A stretch of 64,000 bases of DNA from Candidatus Aminicenantes bacterium (lineage in GTDB: Bacteria; Acidobacteriota; Aminicenantia; Aminicenantales; Saccharicenantaceae), in the NCBI GenBank assembly GCA_963743205.1, contig CAVUOW010000004.1:133327-197326 (forward strand), read 5' to 3'. Of the stretch, positions 1 through 10,361 are shown in pieces (within the stretch, counting starts at the first letter, position 1; the number at the start of each line of letters is the position of its first letter). A program made the translations under genes and the position numbers. The notes under the pieces were generated by a model. It had not been told where the DNA came from and ran no database searches. It saw only the letters and a list, made by a program, of their open reading frames with translations.

Positions 1-453
1 GAATCCGGCCATCAGTGTCCGCTCGCAGTGGATCACGGCCTCGATCGTCCGATAGGCGAGCGGCTCCTTGAGGACCTGATCGTTCCAGAGCGTCTCGTTA
101 TAGGGGTGAAGGAAGATGTGCGAGTGAATGTCCATGAGCCCGGGTAGCAGGGTCGTTCCGGCGAGCTCGATCGTCTTCGCGCCTTCCGGGACAGCGACCT
201 GCGCCGCCGGCCCGACGGCGGCGATCTTGTCTCCCTTTACCAGGACGACCCAACCCTCGTGCGTCTTGCCGTCCTCCGCGTCGAACACCCGTGCCGGCTT
301 CAGAAGGATGTTGGCCGGACTTAGGGCATCGCCGGGGGAATTCCGGTTGACGTTTCTTTGGGGGGCCGCCGACGCCAACGAAAGGACAAGCCCCGTGCCG
401 AGGAGAATGACGAACGCCTTCCCGCTCCTCCGATCGATCGCCGCGTGTTTCAT
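1..453 (-). CDS. amidohydrolase family protein, N-terminal part (gene runs off the window start)
   Basis: Minus-strand frame is open from ATG (complement of 451-453) to position 1. Translation MKHAAIDRRSGKAFVILLGTGLVLSLASA... (signal-like) then GTTLLPGLMDIHSHIF, the HxH metal motif of amidohydrolases. Absent from the ORF track because it has no stop in the window. Confidence 0.75.
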   Translation of the reverse strand, partial: MKHAAIDRRSGKAFVILLGTGLVLSLASAAPQRNVNRNSPGDALSPANILLKPARVFDAEDGKTHEGWVVLVKGDKIAAVGPAAQVAVPEGAKTIELAGTTLLPGLMDIHSHIFLHPYNETLWNDQVLKEPLAYRTIEAVIHCERTLMAGF

Positions 454-468
454 CGGACTCCTCCGCCG

Positions 469-1881
469 CTATTTCGGGCCGGACTTGAAGACCGTCCAGG
501 GCTGAGCGGGACGGCTCTTCAAGTAGCCTTTGAGATAGTCGTACTGCCGGTGCTCCTTAAGGAACTTCTCGGCATCGAACGCAATGTCGCAGGAGCTTCC
601 CCATTTGGCCCAAAAGGTCATCTCCCCGGCCATCTTGGCGTCCACGACCTTGCCGTCCAGCGCCCCGGCCGGATAAAAAGGCTTGGCCCAGGTGTCGCTG
701 GCGCCGCCAGCCGGGTCCGACGCGAGTTCCCAGTGGCCGCAGATCGTGCGGTCCCCCGGCATATCCTTGCCGGCATAGACGTCATAATGGTCGCCCAGCA
801 TGAGCTTGCCGCGCTCGGCGTCGATCTTCCCCATCCACAGGTCGAACAGATCGAGCCAGCGCACCCGTCTGGCGATGTCGGAATGCTTGACGTTGTCGAA
901 ATCCGCGTCGGTCTCCCGGCGGAGCAGGGGAATGTTCTCCGTGATGTTCGAGCCGGAATAGAAGCCGTCCCGGGTCCGCTCGACGGAGTGGAACTTGAGG
1001 CCCAGCTCCAGCCGGGCGATCTCGTTGCTGCGCACGTCCCCGAAGAGCCAGGTGTTGGCGTAGCCGCCGTTGTTGCCGTCGATCATGATCTTGAGCGCCT
1101 CATCGAGGTTGCGGGCGTACTGCATGGCCTTGCGGATGCGGACGAACTCGGGCATCCCGGCCGGATCGAATCCCTTGAAGTAGTCGATCGTCGTCTCGGT
1201 CCCCACGAGTCCCGACGAGCAGATGAAGAAATCCGTGCCGCTGTGGATGCCGCCGGGGAATGCCTGCATCAGGATCCGGGACCCTTTGTCCGGCCGCAGA
1301 TCGATGATCACGTTCGTGTCGGCCGGCACGAAGAAGGACCACGTGTTGTGGGCCATGACAATGCGGCCGTCGGCCGTGGCTTTCCCCGTGGCGATGAAGG
1401 CGCTGCAGCCGCCGGTCTTCAGCGGCGGACTGTTTTCCTGGTGAGAGGGATACCAGTAGCCCATGATCTCGGACGACGCGTTGAGGAGGACGATGTCCCC
1501 GTAGCTCGCGTCGACTCCGGCCTTGCGGGCGCCGGCGGCGATCCCCTCCATTTCTTCGCGGAATTCGGGGTCGATCTTCGGGGCGAACATCTTCAGGGTC
1601 TGTTCGACGAAATAGGGCCACTCCCGGCCCGTGTCCCACCAGGTCATGTGCTTTTCGACGCGCAGGCTCTCCGCGATCTCCTTGGCCAGGAGGTAGCCGT
1701 GCTGGAAACCGCGGGCAAAGGGCTGGCCCTCGATGTGCAGGGTGACCCAGCCGTTCCGCGTTTCCCGGGAGGCCTTGGCCACCCAGGACTGCTCGTCCTT
1801 GGTCAGATCGGCGGCGAACAGGGCGCTTGCGCCGGCCACGGCGATGAGCAAAAAGGATGCGATCTTCTTCGGCAATGACAT
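469..1881 (-). CDS. secreted Ntn-hydrolase, peptidase C45 / phospholipase B-like family
   Basis: 470-aa ORF with a signal peptide (MSLPKKIASFLLIAVAGASALFA). The internal GGCSAFIATGKATADGRIVMAHNTW block is typical of a Cys-nucleophile Ntn hydrolase. Coding-like composition. Family assignment is from memory. Confidence 0.6.
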   Translation of the reverse strand: MSLPKKIASFLLIAVAGASALFAADLTKDEQSWVAKASRETRNGWVTLHIEGQPFARGFQHGYLLAKEIAESLRVEKHMTWWDTGREWPYFVEQTLKMFAPKIDPEFREEMEGIAAGARKAGVDASYGDIVLLNASSEIMGYWYPSHQENSPPLKTGGCSAFIATGKATADGRIVMAHNTWSFFVPADTNVIIDLRPDKGSRILMQAFPGGIHSGTDFFICSSGLVGTETTIDYFKGFDPAGMPEFVRIRKAMQYARNLDEALKIMIDGNNGGYANTWLFGDVRSNEIARLELGLKFHSVERTRDGFYSGSNITENIPLLRRETDADFDNVKHSDIARRVRWLDLFDLWMGKIDAERGKLMLGDHYDVYAGKDMPGDRTICGHWELASDPAGGASDTWAKPFYPAGALDGKVVDAKMAGEMTFWAKWGSSCDIAFDAEKFLKEHRQYDYLKGYLKSRPAQPWTVFKSGPK

Positions 1882-1936
1882 CGGCCCTCTCCTGTCGACC
1901 GGGATTCTTGTCCTGGAGGCCTCCCGTCGCGCACCG

Positions 1937-1966
1937 ATGATATGCTTTGCCTCGAAGGGCTGTCAA
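1937..1966 (-). promoter_or_regulatory. sigma70-type promoter for the 469-1881 gene
   Basis: Minus strand reads TTGACA-18 nt-TATCAT, about 50 nt upstream of the start codon at 1881. Confidence 0.4.
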
Positions 1967-2052
1967 GAAAAGGGCCGCCCCGCCGCCCGGGTCTTGAATA
2001 TTCTGATCCGAACGTGTTACATAGACTACGAAATCTGGGAAGGCGGTCGATC

Positions 2053-3240
2053 ATGAAGACAGCCCGTTTGCCCGCGCTTCAGGTCCTTTGGCGAAATCCG
2101 CACATGCTCAAGGTCCGGCCCTCGCTGAGCCTGTTCTTCTTCGACTACATGCGCAAGTTCAGGGTCCGGAAGGTGGGCGAGAACCTCATCCTGCATTCCC
2201 ACCTTCCGCCGCTCAACAGCCCTGCCTACTCCCGATTCATCCGCGAACAGCTCATCGAGAGGAGCGAAGGGCCCTCGCACGCCCAGGTCGGGTTGACCGC
2301 CGAGTGCCCCCAGAGATGCGGCTACTGCTACAACCGGGATCGGACAGGCCAGGCCATGGACTCCGCGGAGATCCGGGCCGTGGTCCGGGAATTGAAGCGC
2401 CTGGGCATCCTCTGGCTGGGCTGGACGGGCGGAGAGCCGCTTCTGAACAAGGACATCGTCCGCCTGACGGAAGAAGCGTCGGACGGCTGCGCCGTCAAGC
2501 TGTTCACCACGGGCAGCACGCTGACCCCGGGGATGGCGCGGGACCTGAAAGCCGCGGGGCTGTTCTCGGTATCGGTGAGTCTGGACCATTGGAAGCCGGA
2601 GGTCCACGACAGGAACCGGGGCGTCGAGGGGGCCTTCGCCACCGCCTTGCGGGCCGTCGAGATCTTCAGGAACGTGGACGGCCTCCACGTGGGCGTTTCC
2701 GCGGTCCTTTCGAGGGACATGATCCGGCAGGGCCAGACCGACGAGTTCTTGGGCTTTCTCGAGGGCCTGGGCATCCACGAAGCCTGGCTGAGCGAGCTTA
2801 AACCCTCGGTCCAGGCGTTCTGGAACGACGGGAACGTCATCAGCGAGGACGAGCGCGTCGGTCTCGTACGGCTCCAGGACCGGTATAACAAGCGGAACGG
2901 CATGACGGTCAATTATCTCGGCCATTTCGAAGGGCGGGAGCATTTCGGGTGCAACGCCGGCCGCAAGATGATCTACGTCGACGCCTTCGGCGAGGTCAGC
3001 CCCTGCGTCTTCACCCCGATGACGATGGGCAACGTCCGCGCGAGGCCGCTGGCCGAGATCGTCCGGGACATGCGGGAGCGCTTTCCTTCGGAGGACTCCT
3101 GCTTCATGAACAGGAACTATCGATTGTTCCAGGCCCATTCGAAGGGAACGATCCCCATCGCGCGCGAGGACGCGCTCGAACTGCTCGAGAACGTGACCTT
3201 CGCCCCCATGTCCAAGTTCTTCAAGCTCTATGATTCTTGA
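2053..3240 (+). CDS. radical SAM protein with C-terminal SPASM/twitch-like Cys cluster
   Basis: CPQRCGYCYN (CxxxCxxC) motif, GGEPLL, and a C-terminal GCNAGRKMIYVDAFGEVSPCVF...DSCF cysteine cluster. Start taken at ATG 2053 (MKTARL...) inside track ORF 1942-3240. Confidence 0.85.
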   Translation: MKTARLPALQVLWRNPHMLKVRPSLSLFFFDYMRKFRVRKVGENLILHSHLPPLNSPAYSRFIREQLIERSEGPSHAQVGLTAECPQRCGYCYNRDRTGQAMDSAEIRAVVRELKRLGILWLGWTGGEPLLNKDIVRLTEEASDGCAVKLFTTGSTLTPGMARDLKAAGLFSVSVSLDHWKPEVHDRNRGVEGAFATALRAVEIFRNVDGLHVGVSAVLSRDMIRQGQTDEFLGFLEGLGIHEAWLSELKPSVQAFWNDGNVISEDERVGLVRLQDRYNKRNGMTVNYLGHFEGREHFGCNAGRKMIYVDAFGEVSPCVFTPMTMGNVRARPLAEIVRDMRERFPSEDSCFMNRNYRLFQAHSKGTIPIAREDALELLENVTFAPMSKFFKLYDS

Positions 3241-3682
3241 GGACATGACGATCATGACCGAGCGATCCCGGACGTCGTATCGAGTTTTCAGTCTCGGTTT
3301 GGCCGTGGTCTTCGCCTCGGTCGGCGGGGTGTTTCTTCTCTGGCCTCGCGAGATGCTGGCTTTCTTCAACGCCGTCGCCCGGCGCCTGGGCATGAGCGAA
3401 GGGCCGGTTGACCGGTCCTTCTTCGGGGTCCTCGCGGCGGCCTATATGTACATCGTGACGATCCTGGCCTGGTTCATGTATCGGTTTCCCGGAGAAAAGA
3501 TCTATCCCCTGATCCTCTGCCAAGCCAAGCTCGCCAGCTCGCTCCTGTCCTTCCTGATGTTTTTCTTCCATGCGCCGTGGCTCGTCTATCTCGTGAACGG
3601 GATCGTCGACGGCGGGCTCGGCCTGGTCGTGCTCCTGATGTTCTTCCACGTGCGCGCGGCGGCGGGGCGGGGAGTGCGTTGA
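3230..3682 (+). CDS. small integral membrane protein (about 4 TM), function unknown
   Basis: 150-aa ORF overlapping the radical SAM stop. Hydrophobic segments include VFSLGLAVVFASVGGVFLLW, FFGVLAAAYMYIVTILAWFMY, LASSLLSFLMFFF and GGLGLVVLLMFF. The start could instead be 3245 or 3254. Confidence 0.55.
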   Translation: MILEDMTIMTERSRTSYRVFSLGLAVVFASVGGVFLLWPREMLAFFNAVARRLGMSEGPVDRSFFGVLAAAYMYIVTILAWFMYRFPGEKIYPLILCQAKLASSLLSFLMFFFHAPWLVYLVNGIVDGGLGLVVLLMFFHVRAAAGRGVR

Positions 3683-3692
3683 GGAAGTCCCG

Positions 3693-4238
3693 TTGAACGG
3701 GCGCCTCTTTCTGGCCCGCCTTTATCTTCCGGCCGGGCTCAGGAAGCGGAAGCTGGAGGAGCTCCTTCTCCTGACGGCCCGGGCCTTCGATGCGCCGCCG
3801 CCTTCCACCCGGGGGCTTTCCGGGGAAGAGCGGCTTCAGAAGTTTGCCGAATTTTCCCGGGAGATGGCCGAAAAGACGCTGGCTTCTCCCTCAAGATCGG
3901 CGGCGGCCGAGAGAAGGCTTTTCGACGGGGCCAGGCAAATAGGGCAGGAGATCGGCCGGACGTTGCACGTCTCCACGCGAGAAGAGGCGATGGCGGCCGC
4001 GAGGATCCTCTACCGGTGCCTCGAGATCGATTTCCGGGGCGATCCCGGAGGCGACATCATCATCAGGAGCTGCTATTTCAGCCGGCTCTATTCCCCCGAG
4101 ATCTGCCGCCTGATGTCCTTCCTGGACGCGGGCATCCTGTCCGGCCTGGCCGGGGGCGGCGGCCTCGAATTCACGCAGCGTCTCACCGAGGGCCGCGACT
4201 GTTGCCGGGCCCGCTTTTCCTTCAAGGACGGGGCCTGA
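3693..4238 (+). CDS. hypothetical protein, possibly ATC-hydrolase-like (PF14196-type) Cys-containing domain
   Basis: 181-aa ORF with a TTG start. The C-terminal pattern CRLMSFLDAGILSGL..LEFTQRLTEGRDCCRARF resembles the C..D...tlaeG..CdF signature, recalled from memory. Its stop overlaps the next start (TGATG). Confidence 0.4.
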   Translation: MNGRLFLARLYLPAGLRKRKLEELLLLTARAFDAPPPSTRGLSGEERLQKFAEFSREMAEKTLASPSRSAAAERRLFDGARQIGQEIGRTLHVSTREEAMAAARILYRCLEIDFRGDPGGDIIIRSCYFSRLYSPEICRLMSFLDAGILSGLAGGGGLEFTQRLTEGRDCCRARFSFKDGA

Positions 4239-5468
4239 TGCCGACCGCGATCGTGGTCGGGACCGGCGCGGGCGGCGCCGCGGTCGCCAAAGAGCTCCAG
4301 GGGTCCTTCGACGTGCTGATCCTCGAGGCCGGACGGGAATTCCGCCCGCTGTCCCTGAACCTTCGCGTTCCGGAGAGGCTCAAGAAGCTCGGTCTTCTCT
4401 TCGACGAGCGCGAGATCAGCCTTCTCTTCCCGGCCATGAAGATCCAGAAGACGCGCGAGGGGATGGTCCTGGTGCGCGGCATCGGGACAGGCGGGACGAC
4501 GACCTTGGCCACGGGCAACGCCTTGCGCTGTGATCGGGGATTGAAAGCCATCGGCATCGACCTCGCCGCGGAGTTCGCGGAGCTCGACCGTGAGATCCCC
4601 ATCTCGATCGCCCATCAACGCCTCTGGAACGAAACGACGCAGCGTCTGTTTTCGGTTTTCCAGGAGATGGCGCTCGAACCCCGGCCCTTGCCGAAAATGA
4701 GACGGAATGAGTCTTGCCGGAACTGCGGCCGCTGCGTCCTGGGATGTCCTTCCGGAGCGAAGTGGGACAGCCGCGAGTTCCTCCGGTTGGCCATGGACCG
4801 CGGCGCCCGCCTGATCACGAATTGTCCCGTCCGTGCGGTGGTCTTCAAGAACGGACAGGCGGCCGGCGTGGAGGCCGGTCACGGCCCGAGGCGCCGATTC
4901 TATCCCGCGGATGTCGTCGTCCTGGCCGCCGGCGGATTGGGGACCCCGGTCATCCTTCAGAGGTCGGGAATTCCCTGCGATCCGGCGTTGTTCGTCGATC
5001 CCGTTCTCTGCGTGGCCGGTCCCTGGAACAAGGCGCTTCAGCAAAGGGAGATCTCCATGCCCTTCGCCGCGCAGCGGGAGGGCTACATTCTGTCTCCGTA
5101 TTTCGACTATTTGAGCTATTTCTTCAACCGCCAATGGGTTCCGGGGGCGGGCAACATCGTCAGCCTCATGATCAAGCTGGCCGATGCCGGATCGGGGACC
5201 GTCTCCGGGCGAAAGGTCGATAAGAGCCCTCACTCATGAAGATACCATAACCCTGAAAGCGGCCGCCGACGTCTGCGTGGACATCCTCCGACGGATGGGG
5301 ATCCGGAAAAGCGATATGTTCTTCGGGACTCTCAACGCCGGGCACCCGGGCGGCATGCTTCCCCTGACGGGCGAGGACGCGAAAACGCTTCGGCCGAGCC
5401 GTCTTCCCGAGAACCTCTTTCTGGCCGACGCCACGCTGCTTCCCGAATCGCTGGGGAATCCTCCCATC
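4238..5468 (+). pseudogene. GMC-family FAD oxidoreductase, interrupted by a frameshift near 5227-5232
   Basis: N-terminal MPTAIVVGTGAGGAAVAKEL..LILEAG dinucleotide-binding fold. This frame stops at 5239, and the GMC C-terminal domain (LTHEDTITLKAAADV...GTLNAGHPGGMLPL...LFLADATLLPESLGNPP) continues in the next frame (track ORF 5184-). Removing one C from the CCC run at 5227-5229 restores ..KVDKSLTHED... Confidence 0.65.
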
Positions 5469-5936
5469 TGGGGAATCGGAAATCCTCCTAATCGGCGTCG
5501 CAGCGCCCATCGTTTACAGCCGGACGAAGAAGAACGGCCGGGCGACGTCGCCTTCGGTCTCGCCTCGGGGTTCCTCCTGGCCCTCGGGCAGATCTACAGC
5601 AAGGCGTTCATGAGCGGATTCAACGAAGGGCAAAGCCTGTCCGTCACGGCGGCGACTCCGATCTGGTGGGCCTTCATCCTTCTACTGGCGATCGGCAACC
5701 TGGGTAACATGGTCGCACTCAATACGGATTCCAGAGAGGGAAGCGGTGGTCGTCGCCACGCTGGCCCAAGTCGTGGGCCTCTTGGGGGGCGTGATCGGCG
5801 GGGTCGTCATCTCATGAGTGGGACGGTCTTGCGTCCGAGTCCGGTGCTGAAGATCGGAGCCGTGGCAGCCATCCTCCTGGGGGTGATCATCCTCTCCCGG
5901 AGAACCGGAGAAGCGAGGCCGCCGCGCGCCGTCTGA
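5469..5936 (+). pseudogene. remnant of a small EamA/DMT-like membrane protein, with several frame changes
   Basis: Hydrophobic transporter-like segments are spread over three frames: EILLIGVAAPIVYSR; FGLASGFLLALGQIYSKAF...TPIWWAFILLLAIGNLGNMVALN; EAVVVATLAQVVGLLGGVIGGVVI; LKIGAVAAILLGVIILSRR. The single 250-aa track ORF 5184-5936 is a chimera with the GMC C-terminus. Confidence 0.4.
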
Positions 5937-6014
5937 CCATCATGGCCCTGTCGGCCAAGAAGATCGGCAAAGTCATCCAGGGATTCGCGAGGACCGCGAG
6001 CTAGGAGCCGGACA

Positions 6015-8375
6015 ATGATCCATCCTTTGACGCCCGACGTCCTCGAAAGAATGAACGCCTGGTGGCAGGCCGCGAACTATCTCTCGGTCGGCCAGATCTA
6101 CCTCCTTGCGAACCCCCTCCTCAAGGAACCGCTCAAGCTCGAGCACATCAAGCCGCGCCTTCTCGGCCACTGGGGCACGACGCCCGGCCTCAACTTTGTC
6201 TATCTCCACATGAACCGGGTCATCAAAAAGTTCGACCTCGACGCGATCTTCGTCACCGGTCCCGGCCACGGCGGTCCCGGGCTCGTCGCCAACACCTACC
6301 TCGAGGGGACCTACAGCGAGGTCTATAACGCCGTCTCCCAGGACGAAGACGGGCTGAAGCGGCTGTTCCGGCAATTCTCGTTCCCCGGCGGCATCCCGAG
6401 CCACGTCGCGCCGGAGACCCCGGGCTCGATCCACGAGGGCGGAGAGCTGGGCTACTCCCTGGCGCACGCCTTCGGCGCGGCCTTCGACAACCCGGACCTC
6501 CTCGTCTGCTGCGTCGTCGGCGACGGCGAAGCCGAAACAGGCCCCCTGGCGACGGGCTGGCACTCGAATAAATTCCTCAACCCGGCGACCGACGGCGCCG
6601 TCCTGCCCATCCTGCATCTCAACGGCTATAAGATCGCCAACCCGACGGTGCTGGCCCGCATCCCGCGCCAGGAGCTCGACGACCTGCTGCGCGGCTACGG
6701 CTGGGCGCCGCATTACGTCGAAGGCGCCGAGCCCGAGGCGATGCACCAGCTCATGGCCGCGACCCTGGACGAGGTCGTGGCAGGGATCAGGCGCATCCAA
6801 GTCGCGGCGCGCGTCGAAGGCGTCACCCGACGTCCCACCTGGCCGATGATCGTCCTGCGTACACCCAAGGGCTGGACCGGCCCGAAAGAGGTCGACGGGA
6901 AACCGGTCGAGGACACCTGGCGGGCGCACCAGGTCCCGATCGACGAGATGGCCGCCAAGCCCGGCCACATCGCCCTGCTCGAAAGCTGGATGAAGAGCTA
7001 CGAACCCGAGAAGCTCTTCGACGCGGCGGGCCGGCTCCGCCCGGAGATCGCCGAACTCGCCCCGAAGGGCGAGCGCCGCATGGGCGCCAACCCTCATGCG
7101 AACGGCGGCCTTCTTCTCAAGGACCTCAAGATGCCGGACTTCGAGTCCTACGCCGTGGCCGTGCCCCGGCCCGGGAAGGTCCGGGCCGAGGCCACCCGGG
7201 TCCTGGGCTCGTTCCTACGGGACGTCATGAAGCTCAACCTCGAGGCCCGGAATTTCCGTGTATTCGGCCCCGACGAAACGGCCTCCAACCGCCTCGAGGC
7301 GGTCTACCAGGTCACCGATAAGACGTGGCTGGAGGAGAAGCTCCCGACGGACGAGCATCTGGCCCCCGACGGCCGGGTCATGGAAGTCCTGAGCGAGCAC
7401 CAGTGCCAGGGCTGGCTCGAGGGATATCTCCTGACGGGCCGGCACGGGTTCTTTTCGTGCTACGAGGCGTTCGTCCACATCGTCGATTCCATGTTCAACC
7501 AACACGCCAAGTGGCTCAAGGTGACGCGGGAGATCCCCTGGCGTAGGCCGGTCGCCTCGCTCAACTATCTCCTGACGTCGCACGTCTGGCGCCAGGACCA
7601 TAACGGCTTCACCCACCAGGACCCCGGCTTCATCGACGTCGTCGTCAACAAGAAGCCCGATGTCATCCGCGTCTACCTCCCGCCCGATGCGAACACCCTG
7701 CTCTCCGTCGCCGACCACTGCCTCCGCAGCCGCAACGACGTCAACGTCATCGTCGCCGGGAAGCAGCCCGAGCTTCAATGGCTCGATAGGGATGCCGCCG
7801 TCAAGCACTGCACGGCCGGGATCGGCATCTGGGAATGGGCCTCGAACGACGCCGGCTGCGAGCCCGACGTCGTCATGGCCTGCGCCGGGGACGTCCCGAC
7901 CCTCGAGACTCTGGGCGCCGTCGACCTCCTGCGGCGCCACCTGCCGCAGCTTAAGGTCCGGGTGATCAACATCGTCGACCTGATGACGATCCAGCCGCAG
8001 TCGGAGCACCCGCACGGCCTGGTCGACAGGGATTTCGACCAGCTCTTCACGACCGACAAGCCGATCATCTTCGCCTATCACGGCTATCCCTGGCTCATCC
8101 ACCGCCTGACCTACCGGCGGACGAACCACGACAACCTGCACGTGCGCGGCTACAAGGAGGAGGGGACGACCACGACCCCGTTCGACATGACGGTCCGCAA
8201 CGACCTCGACCGTTTCCACCTCTTCGCCGACGTCATCGACCGGGTGCCCGGTCTCGCGGCCGGGGCGGCCCACCTCAAGCAGATGGCCCGCGACAAGCTC
8301 ATCGAGCACAACGAATACATCCGGGAGCACGGGCAGGATCTGCCCGAGATCCGCAATTGGGAGTGGCCGTACTGA
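6015..8375 (+). CDS. xfp: phosphoketolase (xylulose-5-P/fructose-6-P phosphoketolase)
   Basis: 786-aa ORF. N-terminus ..[55 protein letters not shown].. and [25 protein letters not shown] are hallmark phosphoketolase/ThDP motifs. Confidence 0.95.
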   Translation: MIHPLTPDVLERMNAWWQAANYLSVGQIYLLANPLLKEPLKLEHIKPRLLGHWGTTPGLNFVYLHMNRVIKKFDLDAIFVTGPGHGGPGLVANTYLEGTYSEVYNAVSQDEDGLKRLFRQFSFPGGIPSHVAPETPGSIHEGGELGYSLAHAFGAAFDNPDLLVCCVVGDGEAETGPLATGWHSNKFLNPATDGAVLPILHLNGYKIANPTVLARIPRQELDDLLRGYGWAPHYVEGAEPEAMHQLMAATLDEVVAGIRRIQVAARVEGVTRRPTWPMIVLRTPKGWTGPKEVDGKPVEDTWRAHQVPIDEMAAKPGHIALLESWMKSYEPEKLFDAAGRLRPEIAELAPKGERRMGANPHANGGLLLKDLKMPDFESYAVAVPRPGKVRAEATRVLGSFLRDVMKLNLEARNFRVFGPDETASNRLEAVYQVTDKTWLEEKLPTDEHLAPDGRVMEVLSEHQCQGWLEGYLLTGRHGFFSCYEAFVHIVDSMFNQHAKWLKVTREIPWRRPVASLNYLLTSHVWRQDHNGFTHQDPGFIDVVVNKKPDVIRVYLPPDANTLLSVADHCLRSRNDVNVIVAGKQPELQWLDRDAAVKHCTAGIGIWEWASNDAGCEPDVVMACAGDVPTLETLGAVDLLRRHLPQLKVRVINIVDLMTIQPQSEHPHGLVDRDFDQLFTTDKPIIFAYHGYPWLIHRLTYRRTNHDNLHVRGYKEEGTTTTPFDMTVRNDLDRFHLFADVIDRVPGLAAGAAHLKQMARDKLIEHNEYIREHGQDLPEIRNWEWPY

Positions 8376-8406
8376 CCCGGGGACAGGGCTTTCTTTGCGA
8401 GGATCA

Positions 8407-10338
8407 TCATCCGGCCGGCCGGTCGAGGGCGCGGCGGATCGCGGCGGCCATTCCCCGGAGGGTGAAGGGTTTCATCACGAGCTCGCGGATCCCCAGGCTG
8501 GCGATCGACCTCTCGTCGATACGGTCGCCGAACCCGGTGCACAAGACGACGGGCAGGCCTTTGTGGATCTTCCGGGCCTCCTCCGCGAGCATCGTCCCGA
8601 CCAGGTGGGGCATGGCCTGGTCGGTGATGACGATGTCGAAGTCGCCAGGACGGGAGCGGAGGAGTCGAGGGCCTTGACGCTGTCCGTCTTAAAGGTCACG
8701 TCGTAGCCGAGATGTCTCAGCATGTTGCGGAGACCCTCGGCCTGGGTCCTTTCGTCGTCGATGACGAGGATCCGCTCGTGTCCCCTCGGAATAGGACCGG
8801 ACTGGTCCTCGTCCTGCACCGCGTCATCTTCCACGCGCTGGAAATAGACACGGAAGACGCTTCCCTTGCCGACTTCGCTCTCGACTAAAATGGCCCCGCC
8901 GTAGCCAGTAACGATCCCGTGGACAACCGCCAGGCCCATGCCCGTGCCTTCCGCCACCCCCTTGGTCGTGAAGAAAGGATCGAAGATCCGGGGGAGCAAA
9001 TCCGCGGGGATGCCGCTCCCGGTGTCCTCCACGGTCAGCCTCACGTAGGGACCGGTCTTGAGGTCCGGCACTCGCGACGCCGTTCCGTCATCGATATCGA
9101 CCGCGTCGAGCCCGACGGTCAGGACGCCTCCCGCCTCTCTCATGGCGTAGGCGGCGTTGGTGCCCAGGTTCATGAGGACCTGGTGGATCTCTGTCGCGTC
9201 GGACAGGGTGACACTGTCCTCCGCCGTGATGATTTCCCTGATCTCGACCGTCGCCGGCAGCGAGGCCCGCAGGAAGCGCAGGGCCTCGTGGATGACCGGG
9301 GCCAGTTTGACGGGCTTCGGTTCACGGCTCTTCTTCCGGCTGAACGCCAGGACCTGCTTGACCAGTTCTTTCCCCCGGTCGGCGGCCTCGAGCACGAGAG
9401 GAAAATACTGCTGCGATTCTCCCGGTTCCTGATCGTCGCTGAGCGCGAGCTCGGCATTGATGACGATGGCCGAAAGGATGTTATTGAAATCGTGGGCGAT
9501 GCCGCCGGCCAACGTGCCCAGGGCCTCCATCTTCTGAGCCTGGCGGGAGTGCTCGTCGAGTAGGACCTCGTGGGTGACATCGAGGAGGATCAGGATGATT
9601 CCCCGGACGCCGCCGTCAGGCCCGGTCAATCGGTGAACGCTCCGGTTGACGTAAACGGCCCCGCCGCCGGGCCCGGCTCCGCACGGGAGGGGCATCGCGT
9701 GATTGAAGGTGGGTCGGCCCGTTTCGAGGACGTCCCGGAACATCGCCTCGTCCGCCGGGCCAGGGAACAAGTCGAAGTAATTCTTGCCCTGGAAGTCCTG
9801 CGGTTCCCGTCCGTACGCCTGGGCGTAGGCGGGATTGACCCGAACGAAGGCGAAGGACTCGTCCATGTAAGCGACCATGACCTGGGTGATCGAAAAGACC
9901 TTCTCGAGAAGGGCGGTGGCTTCGTCGAGCTCGTCCTGGGCCGCTCTCCGGGCGCGTCGGACGCCGACTTCGCGGAGGCTCCCGGTCGACTGCGGGGACC
10001 AGGCGCTTCAGGTTATCTTTCATGATGTAATCGTGGGCGCCGGCCCGCATGGCGTCGACCGCGATGTCCTCGCCGATGTTCCCCGATACGATAATGAACG
10101 GCGCGTCTTGACCGCTCGCCTTGAAGCTGTCGAGCGCCGCAAAGCCGTCGAACTGGGGCATGAGATAATCTGAGATGACGAGGTCCCAGGTCCGCCTGGC
10201 CAGGGCCTCCCGCATGCCATCTGCGGAATCGACGCGCTCCCATCGCGGGTCGTAGCCGCCCCGCCGGAGCCCGTTCACGACGAGCAAGGCGTCGTCTTCG
10301 GAGTCCTCGACGATAAGGACGTTCAGGGTCGTTGCCAT
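8407..10338 (-). pseudogene. hybrid sensor kinase REC-PAS-HisKA-HATPase_c-REC, split by two frameshifts
   Basis: Track ORFs 9616-10338 (REC: LIVEDSEDD..DLVISDYLMP..), 8475-9878 (PAS, HisKA GGIAHDFNNIL, HATPase DTGSGI..GTGMGL, then start of REC ILVIDDE) and 8407-8613 (REC C-terminus) join into one protein if 1-nt indels are corrected near 9975-9985 (..VDRE/LREVGVRRAR..) and 8655-8670 (..KALD/LLRSRPGDFDIVITDQAMP..). Confidence 0.75.
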
Positions 10339-10361
10339 GATCTACGGCCTCGCTTTCCGGC

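Noticed and set aside
358-1878. Long antisense or alternative-frame ORFs throughout the track (for example 358-1878 +, 5973-7097 -, 7215-8330 -, 14314-16605 +, 16527-18002 +, 19659-21326 +, 21596-23599 +, 27547-28599 +, 36749-38674 +, 42667-44178 -, 51605-53218 +, 53559-55103 -, 58536-60611 -)
   Set aside because: They lie opposite or out of frame to genes with clear family motifs. Their translations are Arg/Gly/Asp/Pro/Ala-rich low-complexity strings typical of non-coding frames in GC-rich DNA, and they have no recognisable motifs.
1994-2023. TTGAAT-18-TACATA as the promoter of the radical SAM operon
   Set aside because: The -10 matches the consensus at only 3/6 positions, and the site lies inside the candidate small ORF. 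Too weak to call.
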